This document shows positions 1-10,514 of a stretch of 64,000 nt of DNA, in pieces; positions within the stretch are counted from its first letter, which is position 1, and each line of letters starts with the position of its first letter. A program made the translations under genes and the position numbers. The notes under the pieces were generated by a model. The model did no database searches. It was not told the DNA's origin and was given only the letters and a program-made list of their open reading frames with translations. Location of the stretch: positions 4,340,001 through 4,404,000 of the forward strand of contig OZ193910.1 of NCBI GenBank assembly GCA_964276515.1, in the 5' to 3' direction. The stretch comes from Gordius albopunctatus. Lineage: Eukaryota.

Positions 1-1462
1 GCAATTGGAGCCGTTCTACATCAGATCGTAAAAGGGGAAATTAGTCCTTTATCCTTTTTCTTCCTGAAATTGAGCAACCGAACACATCCCTCACAGAAAG
101 AATTGCTATGACACAAAAACAAGAGCAATATCAAGTAGAAGAGCTCGAAAGTCTTAAACTGGAACAACGCGTAATTCCAGGTACAAATTTACAAATTTAA
201 CTATTACGTGCGATATATCTACATCGACTTCAAGACCTTTAGTACCTATGACGCTCCGATGAATATTTTATAATCAACTACATGGTCTTTCTCACCCAGC
301 CTTACACCCAACACTTAAACTAATTGCCTAAAGTTTCGTCTGGCCGGGAATGAACAAAGATGTACGCGATTGGACAAAGCAATGCATTGAATGCCAAAAA
401 TGCAAGGTAAATAGACGCGTAATATCAACCCTAGGCACGTTCGCTGAACCAGACGCAAGGTTTAGCCACGTACATGTAGATCTCGTCGGACCCTTACCAC
501 CTTCTAACCGCCACATTCATATTTTTACTGCCGTTGATTGTTTCACCCGATGGCCGATTGCAATTCCCATTATTGACGCAACAGCCGAAACCGTTGCACG
601 CACATTTTTGACACACTGAATAGCCAAATTTGGTGTTCCGGCGATATTAACCACGGACCGGGGACCGCAATTCCAATCTGCCCTTTTTAAAAAATTATCT
701 ATTTTATTAGGGTATCATCATATCACTACGACAGCTTACCATCCACAAGCCAATGGGATGGTAGAGCGATTTCACCGACAGCTCTAACGTTCAATCATGA
801 CAAAAGGTGACGTTACCTGTTGGTCCGAACTTATTCCCCTTGTACTCCTAGGGATTCGCAACACCGTCAAGGAAGACCTCGCCTGTTCAAGCGCGGAGTT
901 GGTATACGGTACTTCTTTACGACTCCCAGGAGAATTTTTACAACCGTCGGATTGCGACATAAACGCAGCCGATTACATCCAACGCCTTAGACAGCAGTTC
1001 GATGATGTACGATTTACACCTTCCAGACCATCGAACATCAAACAACAAATGTCCGAAAATTTATTTACATCAACTCATGTTTTTATAAGGACTGATCGGC
1101 TACGCAAAGCTTTGGTTCCCCCCTATGAAGGACCTTTCAAAGTGATTGAAAAACATACTAAATTTTTTATCATAGACCACAATGAGAGAAAAGACACTGT
1201 CTCAATCGATCGATTAAAGCCAGATTTCCTCGAACCTAAGGTTGATAACCCGAATGCATCAGTTGACCCAAATTCATCCAAATCAAACAATCACTCACCG
1301 ACCCAAAATTCAAACCAACCTACAATTGTTTCTTCTACAAAACCTTCCACAAAAGCTAGCGTACTACTTTCCAACCCAACCATTACCAAGTCTGGTCGAC
1401 AAGTTCATTGGCCCAAAAAGTTTGTTAATTTTATAAAGCATACCTCGCGGATTCAACACTAA
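1..1462 (+). mobile_element. Ty3/Gypsy LTR retrotransposon pol remnant (RNase H fragment plus integrase), inactivated
   Basis: 1-60 reads AIGAVLHQIVKGEISPLSFF (RNase H), followed by a deletion. Integrase H2C2 (HGLSHP...WPGMNKDVRDWTKQCIECQ) and core ([31 protein letters not shown]) are present, with in-frame stops at 617-619 and 785-787. The C-terminus contains PPYEGPFKV and TKSGRQVHWPKK. Confidence 0.93.
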
Positions 1463-1699
1463 ATGTAATTGATTTATTTATACCTCGCGGAGGCACCACT
1501 AAATGTAATTGATTTGTTTATACCTCGCGGAGGCACCACTAAACTTAAATGATTTACTCAATTAATTCACGAGTATATAAAGGACTTTAAAACACTTCTT
1601 ACTTACTTACTTTTCTCGCAACGATTTACTTTGATTGGTTATACAATAAAGTAATTATTACTTTATCCTTCTGGTATTTACTTCCCGAAAAGTGTAACC
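1423..1699 (+). repeat. Probable 3' LTR of the first Gypsy element (boundaries approximate)
   Basis: Follows the integrase end. Begins TGTTA and ends TAAC(C), with a TATATAAA box near 1575 and AATAAA near 1645. No clear polypurine tract was seen. Confidence 0.45.
1441..1543 (+). repeat. 40-bp tandem repeat, about 2.6 copies, inside the LTR
   Basis: TACCTCGCGG-A(GGCAC/TTCAA)CACTAAATGTAATTGATTT(A/G)TTTA units start at 1441, 1481 and 1521. Confidence 0.9.
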
Positions 1700-1734
1700 T
1701 AATTTATGGCTTTGAAATTATTTAATATAATTAA

Positions 1735-2638
1735 CTAGCTGTGCCCGGCCAAGCGTTGCTTTGGCTCAGTCCTTAAGTGGTTAAATAAGTATAAACTATT
1801 AATAAGACTTATCTAAAATGGGGTCATATATGAAATAATAATTCAAATAAATAAAATATCCATAATATTTATTTAGAGCACGAATTTTATCACTTCATGG
1901 ATTTTATGAACCCACTATTTTTAGTATATATATAATAAGACAAACCAAATGCGAATTCTGTTTTAGTCATCAAATTCGACTAAAATTAAATGTTTTTGAA
2001 AAAATTGCTGATCAATGCTGTTACTTATTATACAATAATACCATTATTTTATTTTTCTAGTTAGCTGATTTATTTGAAATACAATTTTCTTCAATATAAT
2101 AAAATAATTAATTGAAGGATGGATAATTATTAAAAATATGCTTTTATGATCGACCACGTGATAATAATTTAAATAGTTGATTATACCCCAATAATTTTGA
2201 CCGTAGACTGTAACATTTTTATTATACTTTTAAATATCTAATTCGAGAAAACTTCAGCCTTGTATGTATGAAGTCATTATTGTATATGCTGCTATAAATT
2301 AAACTGGCCGGGAAATGTCCGATATTTTTAAAACGAAAAAGTATTTTAGGAATCTGAAAAGGCTATTTTACGCCTGGCATCCCTGGGCATATACGGCTAA
2401 ATTTTCGCGCGAATCGGGCCGGTAGTTTCAGAATTAAGCCATTTTTTAAAACTTAAAGGCCCATATTTTTAAAACTAAAAGGAATTTTAGGATCCTGAAA
2501 AAACTATTTTACCCCTGGCCGCCTTGGGCATCTACGGTTAAATTTTTGCGCGAATCGGGCCGGTAGTTTCAGAATTTAGCCCTTACATACATATACACAC
2601 ATATATAATATACATAGACTTTACTTTATATATATAGA
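1735..2638 (-). mobile_element. Non-autonomous Helitron (Lep1-like), about 900 bp
   Basis: On the minus strand it runs A|TCTATATATATAAAGTAAAG ... GCCAAAGCAACGCTTGGC (subterminal hairpin) CGGGCACAGCTAG|T. It sits between A and T with no TSD. There is a microsatellite near the 5' end and an internal ~140-bp duplication (about 2320-2450 and 2460-2583). Confidence 0.85.
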
Positions 2639-3090
2639 TTACTCATAGTTGAGGATGAAGAGCTATTACTGTCAATGTCAATGTAATTCTTTTTTTCATT
2701 TTCTATAAATTTGTATTTGAATAAATGAATGATAGCACTAACACTAAGTAAATACTTTCAGGACTGCATTTTCTTCACCTATATTTATATAAACCTAATA
2801 ATATAAAATTTTAAATACCTATTTGATTTAACCTATTGTTTGGAGCTAAGGGCTTTAAAAACATGTTAAGCTTTAATTGCTTGCTATTGCTATTCATATT
2901 AATTAATAAAAGTAAAGTGGAAATTAATTATAAAAAACTCGGGTTTTAAATCAATATTAATTATTAAATTAAGTAATTATGTCAACTCAACAATTTGATA
3001 CAATTTTCACCCTTTATTGTCTTATACAGCATCTTTATTTTTATTTGTAATATTATAATTAAAACTTTTATTCAGAAACAACAATAATAA

Positions 3091-3714
3091 TCTCTATATT
3101 GTTTCTTAATTAAGATAAAAAAATAATGGCGGAAGGGGTCCGGGGGCCCAAGATTTTTCCCTTGCTCTTGGGGAGGGGCCGAATATTGATGTGAGATCTC
3201 GCTTTGAAAACTGTTGAATCTTCCCAGGGTGGTGGCGTGATTGAACGAGCAATGTACGGGAAATCTTCAGACGGGGCTGCGAAAATGAGTACCAGATGTG
3301 GCTAAGTTAAAAATAAAAAGTAATTAAAAAAAGAGAGCGTCAAAGAAACTTAGCCACTTCCGCGTCTAGGTTAACCCCCGGTAAAAGTGCCTTCCTTTGA
3401 CCAATTCCTTTTTTTAATTATAAGGATTGCAGAACCGTTCTTTAACCCTTCTACATTAATATTAATAAAACAAATCTAAGTAAGTTGAAAGTATACCGCG
3501 GACATTAAAACGTAGTATACTAACACATGGTAATGTTGTATCACGTATACCACACCAACGTTAGATTCTCTTGAAAAAGAAAGTTTATTGATAAGACTTT
3601 TGTACCTTTTGCTTGGCCAAAATTTTGTGTAATTTGCTTTTTATATTGCATTTTTGTTTGAATTTGAAATGGGCATTATCAACCTTATAACTACGTCAAA
3701 CGGCTTGTTACTAG
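3091..3714 (+). mobile_element. Possible second non-autonomous Helitron-like element
   Basis: Starts A|TCTCTATATT and ends ...CGTCAAACGGCTTGTTACTAG|T. The hairpin is weak and the 3' CTAG overlaps the next element's TAGTG end. Confidence 0.3.
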
Positions 3715-3830
3715 TGATGCGGGAAAGCCGAGAAAAATCTCGATCTCGTCTCGTCTCGAAAAACCGGGACGAGACGAGAATTTTGACCTCGAGACGAGAC
3801 GAGATTTTATCGGCGAGATCTCGACTTTAA
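3712..3830. mobile_element. One end of a hAT-type non-autonomous element with CGAGAC subterminal repeats
   Basis: TAGTGATGC terminus followed by clustered direct and inverted TCTCG/CGAGAC motifs. The partner end was not found. Confidence 0.5.
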
Positions 3831-4540
3831 TTTTTATCTATTAAGTCTTTATTTAGCTAATTAAGAATTTTTATTTTATGAGATTTAAATTTAGGGTATT
3901 TAATGCAAATTAATATGATTTTGAAACTTTTGATAGTAATTATTTACGCACCTAAATATCCGCTTAGCACAAATTTCAAATTTGCAATATAATCTTAATA
4001 GACATAGTGTTAGTAGCCCTTAGGGTATTTGGGTATTTGTTACTTATTTGTATAGCTTATCTATCTATATATATAAAGTAAAGTCTCTTCTTCTTCTTCT
4101 TTATCGTGTTGAAAATCCCACAGACGTGTGCCATGCCAATTTCCATCTGTTTGACGTCCATATCCTTTTCGACCAGTCGTTTCCAGGTGGCACGTGGTCT
4201 GCCCCTTCCTCTTCTTCCAGGCACTTCCATCTCCAGCGTTCGCCGTGTGACATCGTCTTCGTCTCTTCGTAATATATGGCCGTACCACCGCAGTCGATTT
4301 TCTCTTAAGAAGTCCTTCGTCGCTTGTATACCCATCTTTGTCATCAAGGATTCGTTCGTCATGCGATCCAGATTGGTGTAGCCTAAGCTCCATCGCACCA
4401 TTCTCATTTCGGTGACTTGCAAAAGTTTCTCCTCCGCGGTGGTTACAGCCCATGTTTCGCTCGCGTAAAGCAAGACCGGTCGCACGATGGTTTTGTACGC
4501 CTTGCTTTTCAACCAAATTGGTATCTTTTTGTCACACATG

Positions 4541-6423
4541 TAGAGACCTGCAAAATCGATTTTTTTAAGGCCCGGCCCGGCCCTGGCCCGAAATTTAAAA
4601 TGTAAAATAGGCCCGGCCCGGGCCCGAATTTTAGCATCTTTAAAAATAAGGCCCGGGCCCGGCCCGGAATTTTAATAATTGCTAAAAATTAAATCAAACG
4701 CAATTTTTGTAAAATTATTTATTAAAAAATAAAACGCACATAATAAAATTATAAATCGATAATGGAACTATTTTGATGTAAAAAAATACAAGCATCAAAA
4801 ATCTCCGAGTTTAAATTTGTTCTCCGCTCTTCAAAAATGCGGCCCGCGGACGAAAAACACCTCTCACTCGAGGCAGATGAAGCCGGTGTTGAAAAAATCT
4901 TACAAGCAAGGCAGCTAAGCGCTGGAAATTGGCCACTGTGGTCTTTCCACCATTCCAATAATTCTATATTTTTCTCATTGATCTTTAACTTTATGTAACT
5001 GTCAACTTCATTCTCCTCTACTACTTCCTCCATAATGGATGTTTCATGCCAAGAACTAAAGTCTTGAAACGATGAACCATCATCACAACCTAGTTATAAA
5101 TATTATATTTTAAGAATTAATTAATTACCTTGAACTGAATGAGTGTTGGCACTAACAGTTACTTGTGATTGTAATAAATGGCCCCCATCCCTAGAAACTA
5201 GGGATTTAACTACTTGGCATATCATGTTAAAATCTGAGGGGGGCAACATTCTCAAACTTTTAAATTGGGGACATAAAAATATGGCTATTTTATGATTTAT
5301 ATCAAGGGTAAACTTGCTGTGTAAAAATTCTAGACAACGAGATGCTAAAATTTTCATTGTTGTATTTTTTTGGATGTATGACTCCAACTCTTTTTCTAAT
5401 TTATAATAATATAAACCAACTAGATGCAATGTTGGTTTTAGATCTGCCTCTAGATCGTCACTGGCAATTTTGAAAACCTTCAAAAAGGTTACAAGCTCCT
5501 CCACAATATATTTATTTATGTCATTAAATTTAACAAGAAGTGTCGATTCTTCAAGAAGACTTTTCAATTCACTGTAAACATTAAGAAATGTTTCAAACAT
5601 TCGAAGACGGCTATTCCATCTTGTTTCCACACATAAATGTAGGCCTTGAGTCAGTTTATTTACCAACCTAATAAATATAAATTTAAATTCTAAGTTTTTA
5701 CCCTGTCCGTTTCATATCTACAATAAGGCTTTGGCACTGACTCATAGTCTCATAGATACTAGGATGATTCTGCTCTAGATACTCATTTTTAAATGTGTTC
5801 CGTAAAATCGTGTTGAGGATGTGAGCTGAACAATTTAGCCTTTTTTGACATTGAAAGGCACTGATCATGTTACTGCCTTGATCAGTAACTATGATCATAT
5901 CTAAGAACTGTTTATGGGTGTAACCTTAAAACCATTTTATAAAAACCTAAGCATAATATAATACCTAAAGAAAGAAATTTGTTTAGTATTTCCTTCTTTA
6001 TATTTTCCCCAGTTTTCCTGTCTTCTTCAAACTTAATTGTAAACAATACAATTTTGTAAAGTTTATAACCAATCACATAGTGTAATGTCAATGTAATATA
6101 GTTGTTTTTTTTATAACCATCATGCCACATATCTGTTGTGCCTTATTAATACATTATATAGTTTGAATTATAATTTTATACCTGAGCAGTGTCCTTCAGA
6201 AAGGGCTTTGAAAATGGTGGGATATATTTTATTTCTCTCATGTTCCATAGTTTGAACCATATGTCTGGATATAGTTGTTGGACATGGCATAATATCCTTA
6301 GCATCAATATTACCATGTATAGAGCCCAATCTGATTAAATGCTGGGCTAATTGTATAAACCCATCACCATGAATTGTATTGAAAGATCTCATATCCCTTC
6401 CACAAAAATGGGCTATTGAGGAT
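4541..6423 (-). mobile_element. hobo/Hermes-like hAT DNA transposon, one-ended (5' end missing), inserted in RTE family B
   Basis: Terminus TAGAGACCTGCA at 4541 resembles the hobo TIR CAGAGAACTGCA. GGCCCG subterminal repeats lie at 4568-4666. The flanking duplication ACACATG is at 4534-4540 and 6424-6430. Confidence 0.88.
4749..6422 (-). CDS. hAT transposase, spliced, N-terminally truncated (no BED finger); 506 codons
   Basis: Exons 6422-6182, 6141-5965, 5924-5702, 5667-5129 and 5089-4749 join in frame via GT-AG introns of 40, 40, 34 and 39 nt. Motifs include DMRSFNTIHGDGF (Hermes-type DNA-binding region), TTDMW, VTDQG, CSAH, ETRWNS, WWK..SGQFPAL and SSERCFS. Confidence 0.85.
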
Positions 6424-7499
6424 ACACATGACACCGGAGATGCTGCGCCACTTGAGCCACGCTTTCTTGATCCGAGAATGGACTTCGGCGGTACATCCTC
6501 CCTCTTGATGTAATAGCGAGCCAAGATATGTGAACTTATCAACCTCCGTGTACATTGGACCGTCATTTTTGTGCATTTGCGGGCTACCGCCCATCGTTTG
6601 CATGTAAACCGTTTTCTTCTCGCTGACTTTTAACCCGAATTCCACCCCTTCTCTTGTTTCATCGCATAGGACAATATCATTGGCATATAGCATAGTCCAA
6701 GGGGCTGGCTTGTGCAAGTCCTTTGTTATTGTATCCATAATTAGATTAAACAAGAATGGGCTTAACGCTGACCCTTGATGTAGTCCAATCATTACTCGGA
6801 AAAGTTTCGTTTCTCCTACGGTAGTTCTAACAGATGCAACCGCGCCATTATATATTTCCTTGATAAGTCGAACATATCCTTCGGGTATATTTCTGGCTCT
6901 AAGGGACCACCATATCAAGTCTCTCGGAACCGTATCGTAGGCCTTTTCTAAATCGATGAAGACCATGTGTAAGTTCTTTCTTATGTCGCCATATTTTTCC
7001 ATCGTCTGCTTCAACGCAAAGATTGGATCCATAGTTGATTTACCGGCCACGCATCCAAACTGATTGGGCGAGAGACAAACTTTGTCATTGAGCCTCACCC
7101 TTTCTAGTAGTTTTAGTGAGAGGCAGGTCAACTTGATACCTCTAAAGTTGCCACATTCCTGCGCGTCTCCTTTGCCTTTGTATATGGGTATGATCGTACT
7201 TTCCCTCCATTGGTCAGGGATACGACTCTCATACAGCATAGCGTTAAATAGGCTTGTCATTATGTCGATTCCTTCTCCTTTGCACCCAAGGTCTATGTAT
7301 ATATATATAATATATATATATATGTATGTATGTAAGCGCTAATCTCTGAAACTACCGACCCAATTCGAGCGAAATTTTAACCATAGATGATCAGGGCGGC
7401 CAGGGGTAAAATAGCCTTTTCAGAATCCTAAAATACCTTTTCGTTTTAAAAATATCGGACATTTCCCGGCCAGTTTCGTTTATAGCATCATATACAATA

Positions 7500-7540
7500 A
7501 CGACGGTCCCAAGTCCGTGTGCAAAAAGTGGAGGGTTGGC
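7500..7540 (+). ncRNA. Twister ribozyme core, 5'-truncated, at the RTE-A 5' end
   Basis: ACGG-UCCCAAGU-CCGU ... AAAAAGUG-GAGGG-UUGGC. It lacks the first 10 nt seen in the copy at 63011-63061. Confidence 0.65.
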
Positions 7541-10514
7541 GTCAGGTCGGAAACCGGCTATAAAAATCAACTCCAAAATTTATGATAGTTTCAAACGAGA
7601 TTTTACAAGAAAAGGCTAGGGCGTCCTCCACAAACGACGCGCACTGCATACCCCGCCCGTGCAATGTGAAAAATACACTAGGGTTACTGCCCAACTCACA
7701 ACGAAGGCAGTTAAGGAAACTAGTTGTGGAAAGAATGCGAATTACGTGCTGGAATGTGGGAACGTTGACGGGGAAGAGCATCGAGGTCGCACAGATGTTA
7801 AAAAGAAGAAAGGTACACATCGCCTGCCTACAAGAGACGAGGTGGAACGGAACGAAAGCTCGGGAATTAGGAGAAGGATACAAGCTTTTCTACAGTGGGT
7901 CACCAAATCGTAGAAACGGGGTCGGTATCGTTCTAAGCGAATCGTTCAAGGACAAGGTGGTGGAAGTCAAACGTTGTTCCGACAGGCTAATGTGGGTGAA
8001 GTTTGCGGATCAAGCGGGCCTCCTAACCGTTATGTGCGCGTATGCTCCCCAAATTGGGTGTTCGGAATCATAGAAAGACATATTCTTCGAATCATTGTAA
8101 AAGGAAATACAAGGAATCCGACAAGAAGAAAGGCTAATTACTGGGGCCGATTTCAACGCTCATGTAGGGAAAGATCGCCTCGGGAATGAACCCAATCATG
8201 GAGGCTATGGGCATGGTCTGAAGAACAAAGAAGGGGAAAAACTTCTCCAAGTATCCCAAGCATATGACATGGCGATCGTTAACACCTATTTTCAAAAGCG
8301 CGAAGATCATATTGTGACCTATAGAAGTGGGAAGCATTTTAGTCAAATCGACTATTTACTTATACGGCGAAAGGACTTATGGAGTATCAAAGATTGCAAA
8401 TAATACCGGGAGAAGAAATCGGCAGGCAACATCGTCCCCTTGTTATGGATCTTGACAGAAGAGTATTTCCCAAAAGAAGAATACGTCGACGAACGAAGAA
8501 TACCATCAAAAAGCTTCCTCACTCTTGGGTGCAATGCAAAGGGACGTAGACGAAGATTGGGAAACGCTATCTAAGGACATTAAGGAAACAGCGATTCGTG
8601 TTCTAGGACAGACCAAAGTAGGCAAAGCTATGAATAGGGAACTATGGTGGTGGGATCAATCGGTTAAAGATTTCATCGAAATAAAGAAAAATCTATATAG
8701 ACGGTGGCATAAATCAAAAAAGTCGGAGGATTATCAAAAGTACAGGGACGCAAAGAGGGCCGCAAAAAAGGCCGTTGCAAAAGCTAAGAATGCTGCGTAC
8801 ACCGAGATGGCAAACAAACTGGATCATAAAGGGGGCGATAGGCTTATGTACAAATTGGCCAAGATAAGGGAGAAGAAAAGTCGAGATGTCGGAGTTCTTA
8901 AAATAGTCAAAAGCGAGAAGGGTCAAACCTTATTCAAGCCAAAGGAAGTGATGGAAAAGTGGAAAGGATATTTTAAGAAACTTATGAATATTGCAAATGA
9001 CAAGGATTCCCTTCCCGAAATTGAGCCAAATATAAGTATGGTCGAACTCTTTCAGAAGGATGAAGTTAGGACACAAAGGAACAAGATGCAAACGGAAAAG
9101 CAAATGGCCCAGATGGAATACCTATGGAAGCATTGCTCGGATGTCGTGAAGAAGGAGTTATCACCATGACGAACCTCCTTAACAAGCTATTGGTAGAAGA
9201 GCGAATCCCTAATCAATGGAGAGCAAGCACGATTATACCCTTATTCAAAGGAAAAGGAGACCCTCAGGAATGCGGCAATTACAGAGGTATCAAGCTAACT
9301 TGCCACTCCTTGAAGCTTTTGGAAAGGATCTTAGTAACAAGGCTGAAAAACGAGGTGGAAATATCGGCTAATCAATTCGGATTCGTGGCCGGCAAATCCA
9401 CAATCGACCCAATCTTCGCCCTAAGACAAATGATGCATAAGTATGGTGAAAATAGGAAAGACCTCGACTTGGAGAAAGCTTATGACACGGTCCCCCGCGA
9501 TTTAATATGGTGGTGCCTGAGGAAACAAAATATCCCTGACGCATATATACGGCGTATTAAAAATATCTATGAAGCCTCAAACTCTTGCGTTAGGAAGACA
9601 GTTGGGGACTCTAAACCTTTTCGGGTTAATATTGGATTACATCAAGGCTCTGCTTTAAGTCACTTTTTATTTAATATAATTATAGACACGATAACGAGGG
9701 ACTTTCAAAAGCCATCGCCGTGGTGTATGCTATATGCCGATGATATATTACTATGCGAGGAAACAAGGGAGAAGGTATTCGAAGAAGAAGAAAAGTGGTC
9801 AAAGCGCTTAGCTGGATATGGTTTAAAGGTCAACGATCAAAAAACGGTATACATGGAAATGAACGGTACAAGCACCCCATCGCTGGATGACCACTTAAAG
9901 TACCCAAAAGTAGACAGGTTTAATTACCTCGGCTCTATGCTACATCAAGAGGGAGGTTGCGCAACTGAAATCAATGCCCGGATTCAAAAAGGATGGCTTA
10001 AATGGCGAAGTATATCCGGTGTAATGTGCGACAAGAAAATGCCAATATGGTTGAAGAGCAATGCTTACAAATCCATCGTAAGACCGGTGTTACTCTATGG
10101 AAGTGATACATGGGCATTAAACACCACGGAAGGAAAGCTATTACAAGCCACGGAGATGAGAATGATACGGTGGAGCTTGGGGTATACTAAGCTCGACCAT
10201 ATGACGAATGACTTTCTCATGACAAAAATGGGTATTCAACCTATGGCGGACATGATTAACGAAAATCGGCTAAGGTGGTATGGGCATATACTAAAAAGGG
10301 ACCCGGATGACGTAAATCGAAAAGTGCTAGACATGAAAATACCGGGGAAGAGAGGAAGAGGACGACCCCGTGTCACGTGGAAAAGGCGAGTCGATAAAGT
10401 TATGGAAACTAAAGAGATTAGTCAAGACATGGTACTAACCCGGTCAAGATGGAAGAGACTCATCAAAACAAACCCCACCAATGTGGGACCAAATAACTGA
10501 TAAAGAAGAAGAAG
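7500..10514 (+). mobile_element. RTE-clade non-LTR retrotransposon, family A, near full length, with stops and frameshifts
   Basis: APE endonuclease (WNVGT, LQETRW, GVG, YAPQ, ADFNAH, IDY) and RT (DLEKAYD, QGSAL, YADD, YLGS) motifs are present, and the 3' tail is TAAA(GAA)n. It aligns along its length with 57985-63061 and 42575-44836. No TSD was found. Confidence 0.95.

Larger units (their letters stand above)
4087..7290 (-). mobile_element. RTE-clade non-LTR retrotransposon, family B, 5'-truncated (RT plus C-terminus), split by a hAT insertion
   Basis: RT motifs FIDLEKAYD, GLHQGSALSP, YANDI (for YADDI) and FTYLGS lie in 6424-7290. The frame continues as MCDKKIPIWLK...RLRWYGH...GRGRP in 4087-4540. 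The 3' tail is CGATAAA(GAA)n, and GTCT is duplicated at 4083-4086 and 7291-7294. Confidence 0.92.
4064..7500 (+). mobile_element. Helitron copy (same family as 1735-2638) split by an RTE insertion and 3'-truncated
   Basis: 4064-4086 is A|TCTATATATATAAAGTAAAGTCT. The sequence resumes at 7291 (GTCTATGTAT...) and matches the reverse complement of about 2277-2620, with one internal repeat unit, up to 7500. Confidence 0.85.

Noticed and set aside
1441..1543. CRISPR-like regularly spaced repeat
   Set aside because: The intervening sequence is also repeated (no unique spacers), the context is a eukaryotic LTR, and there are no cas genes.
6364..6423. C-terminus ILNSPFLW... of the RTE-B RT ORF
   Set aside because: It is out-of-frame hAT sequence after the insertion point.
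7501..7565. HDV-like ribozyme reading of the RTE 5' end (CGG-UCCCAAGU-CCG resembles P3/L3)
   Set aside because: No P1/P2 nesting could be built. The twister fold explains more positions, including covariation and the exact 5' boundary.
8071..8073. Variant genetic code (UAG as sense) in the host
   Set aside because: No in-frame UAG occurs in the reconstructed NPC1, SEA-gene or hAT exons, so nothing here supports reassignment.
10422..10514. C-terminal extension of the 929-aa Gypsy pol ORF
   Set aside because: It is read-through into the antisense RTE tail at the junction, not part of pol.
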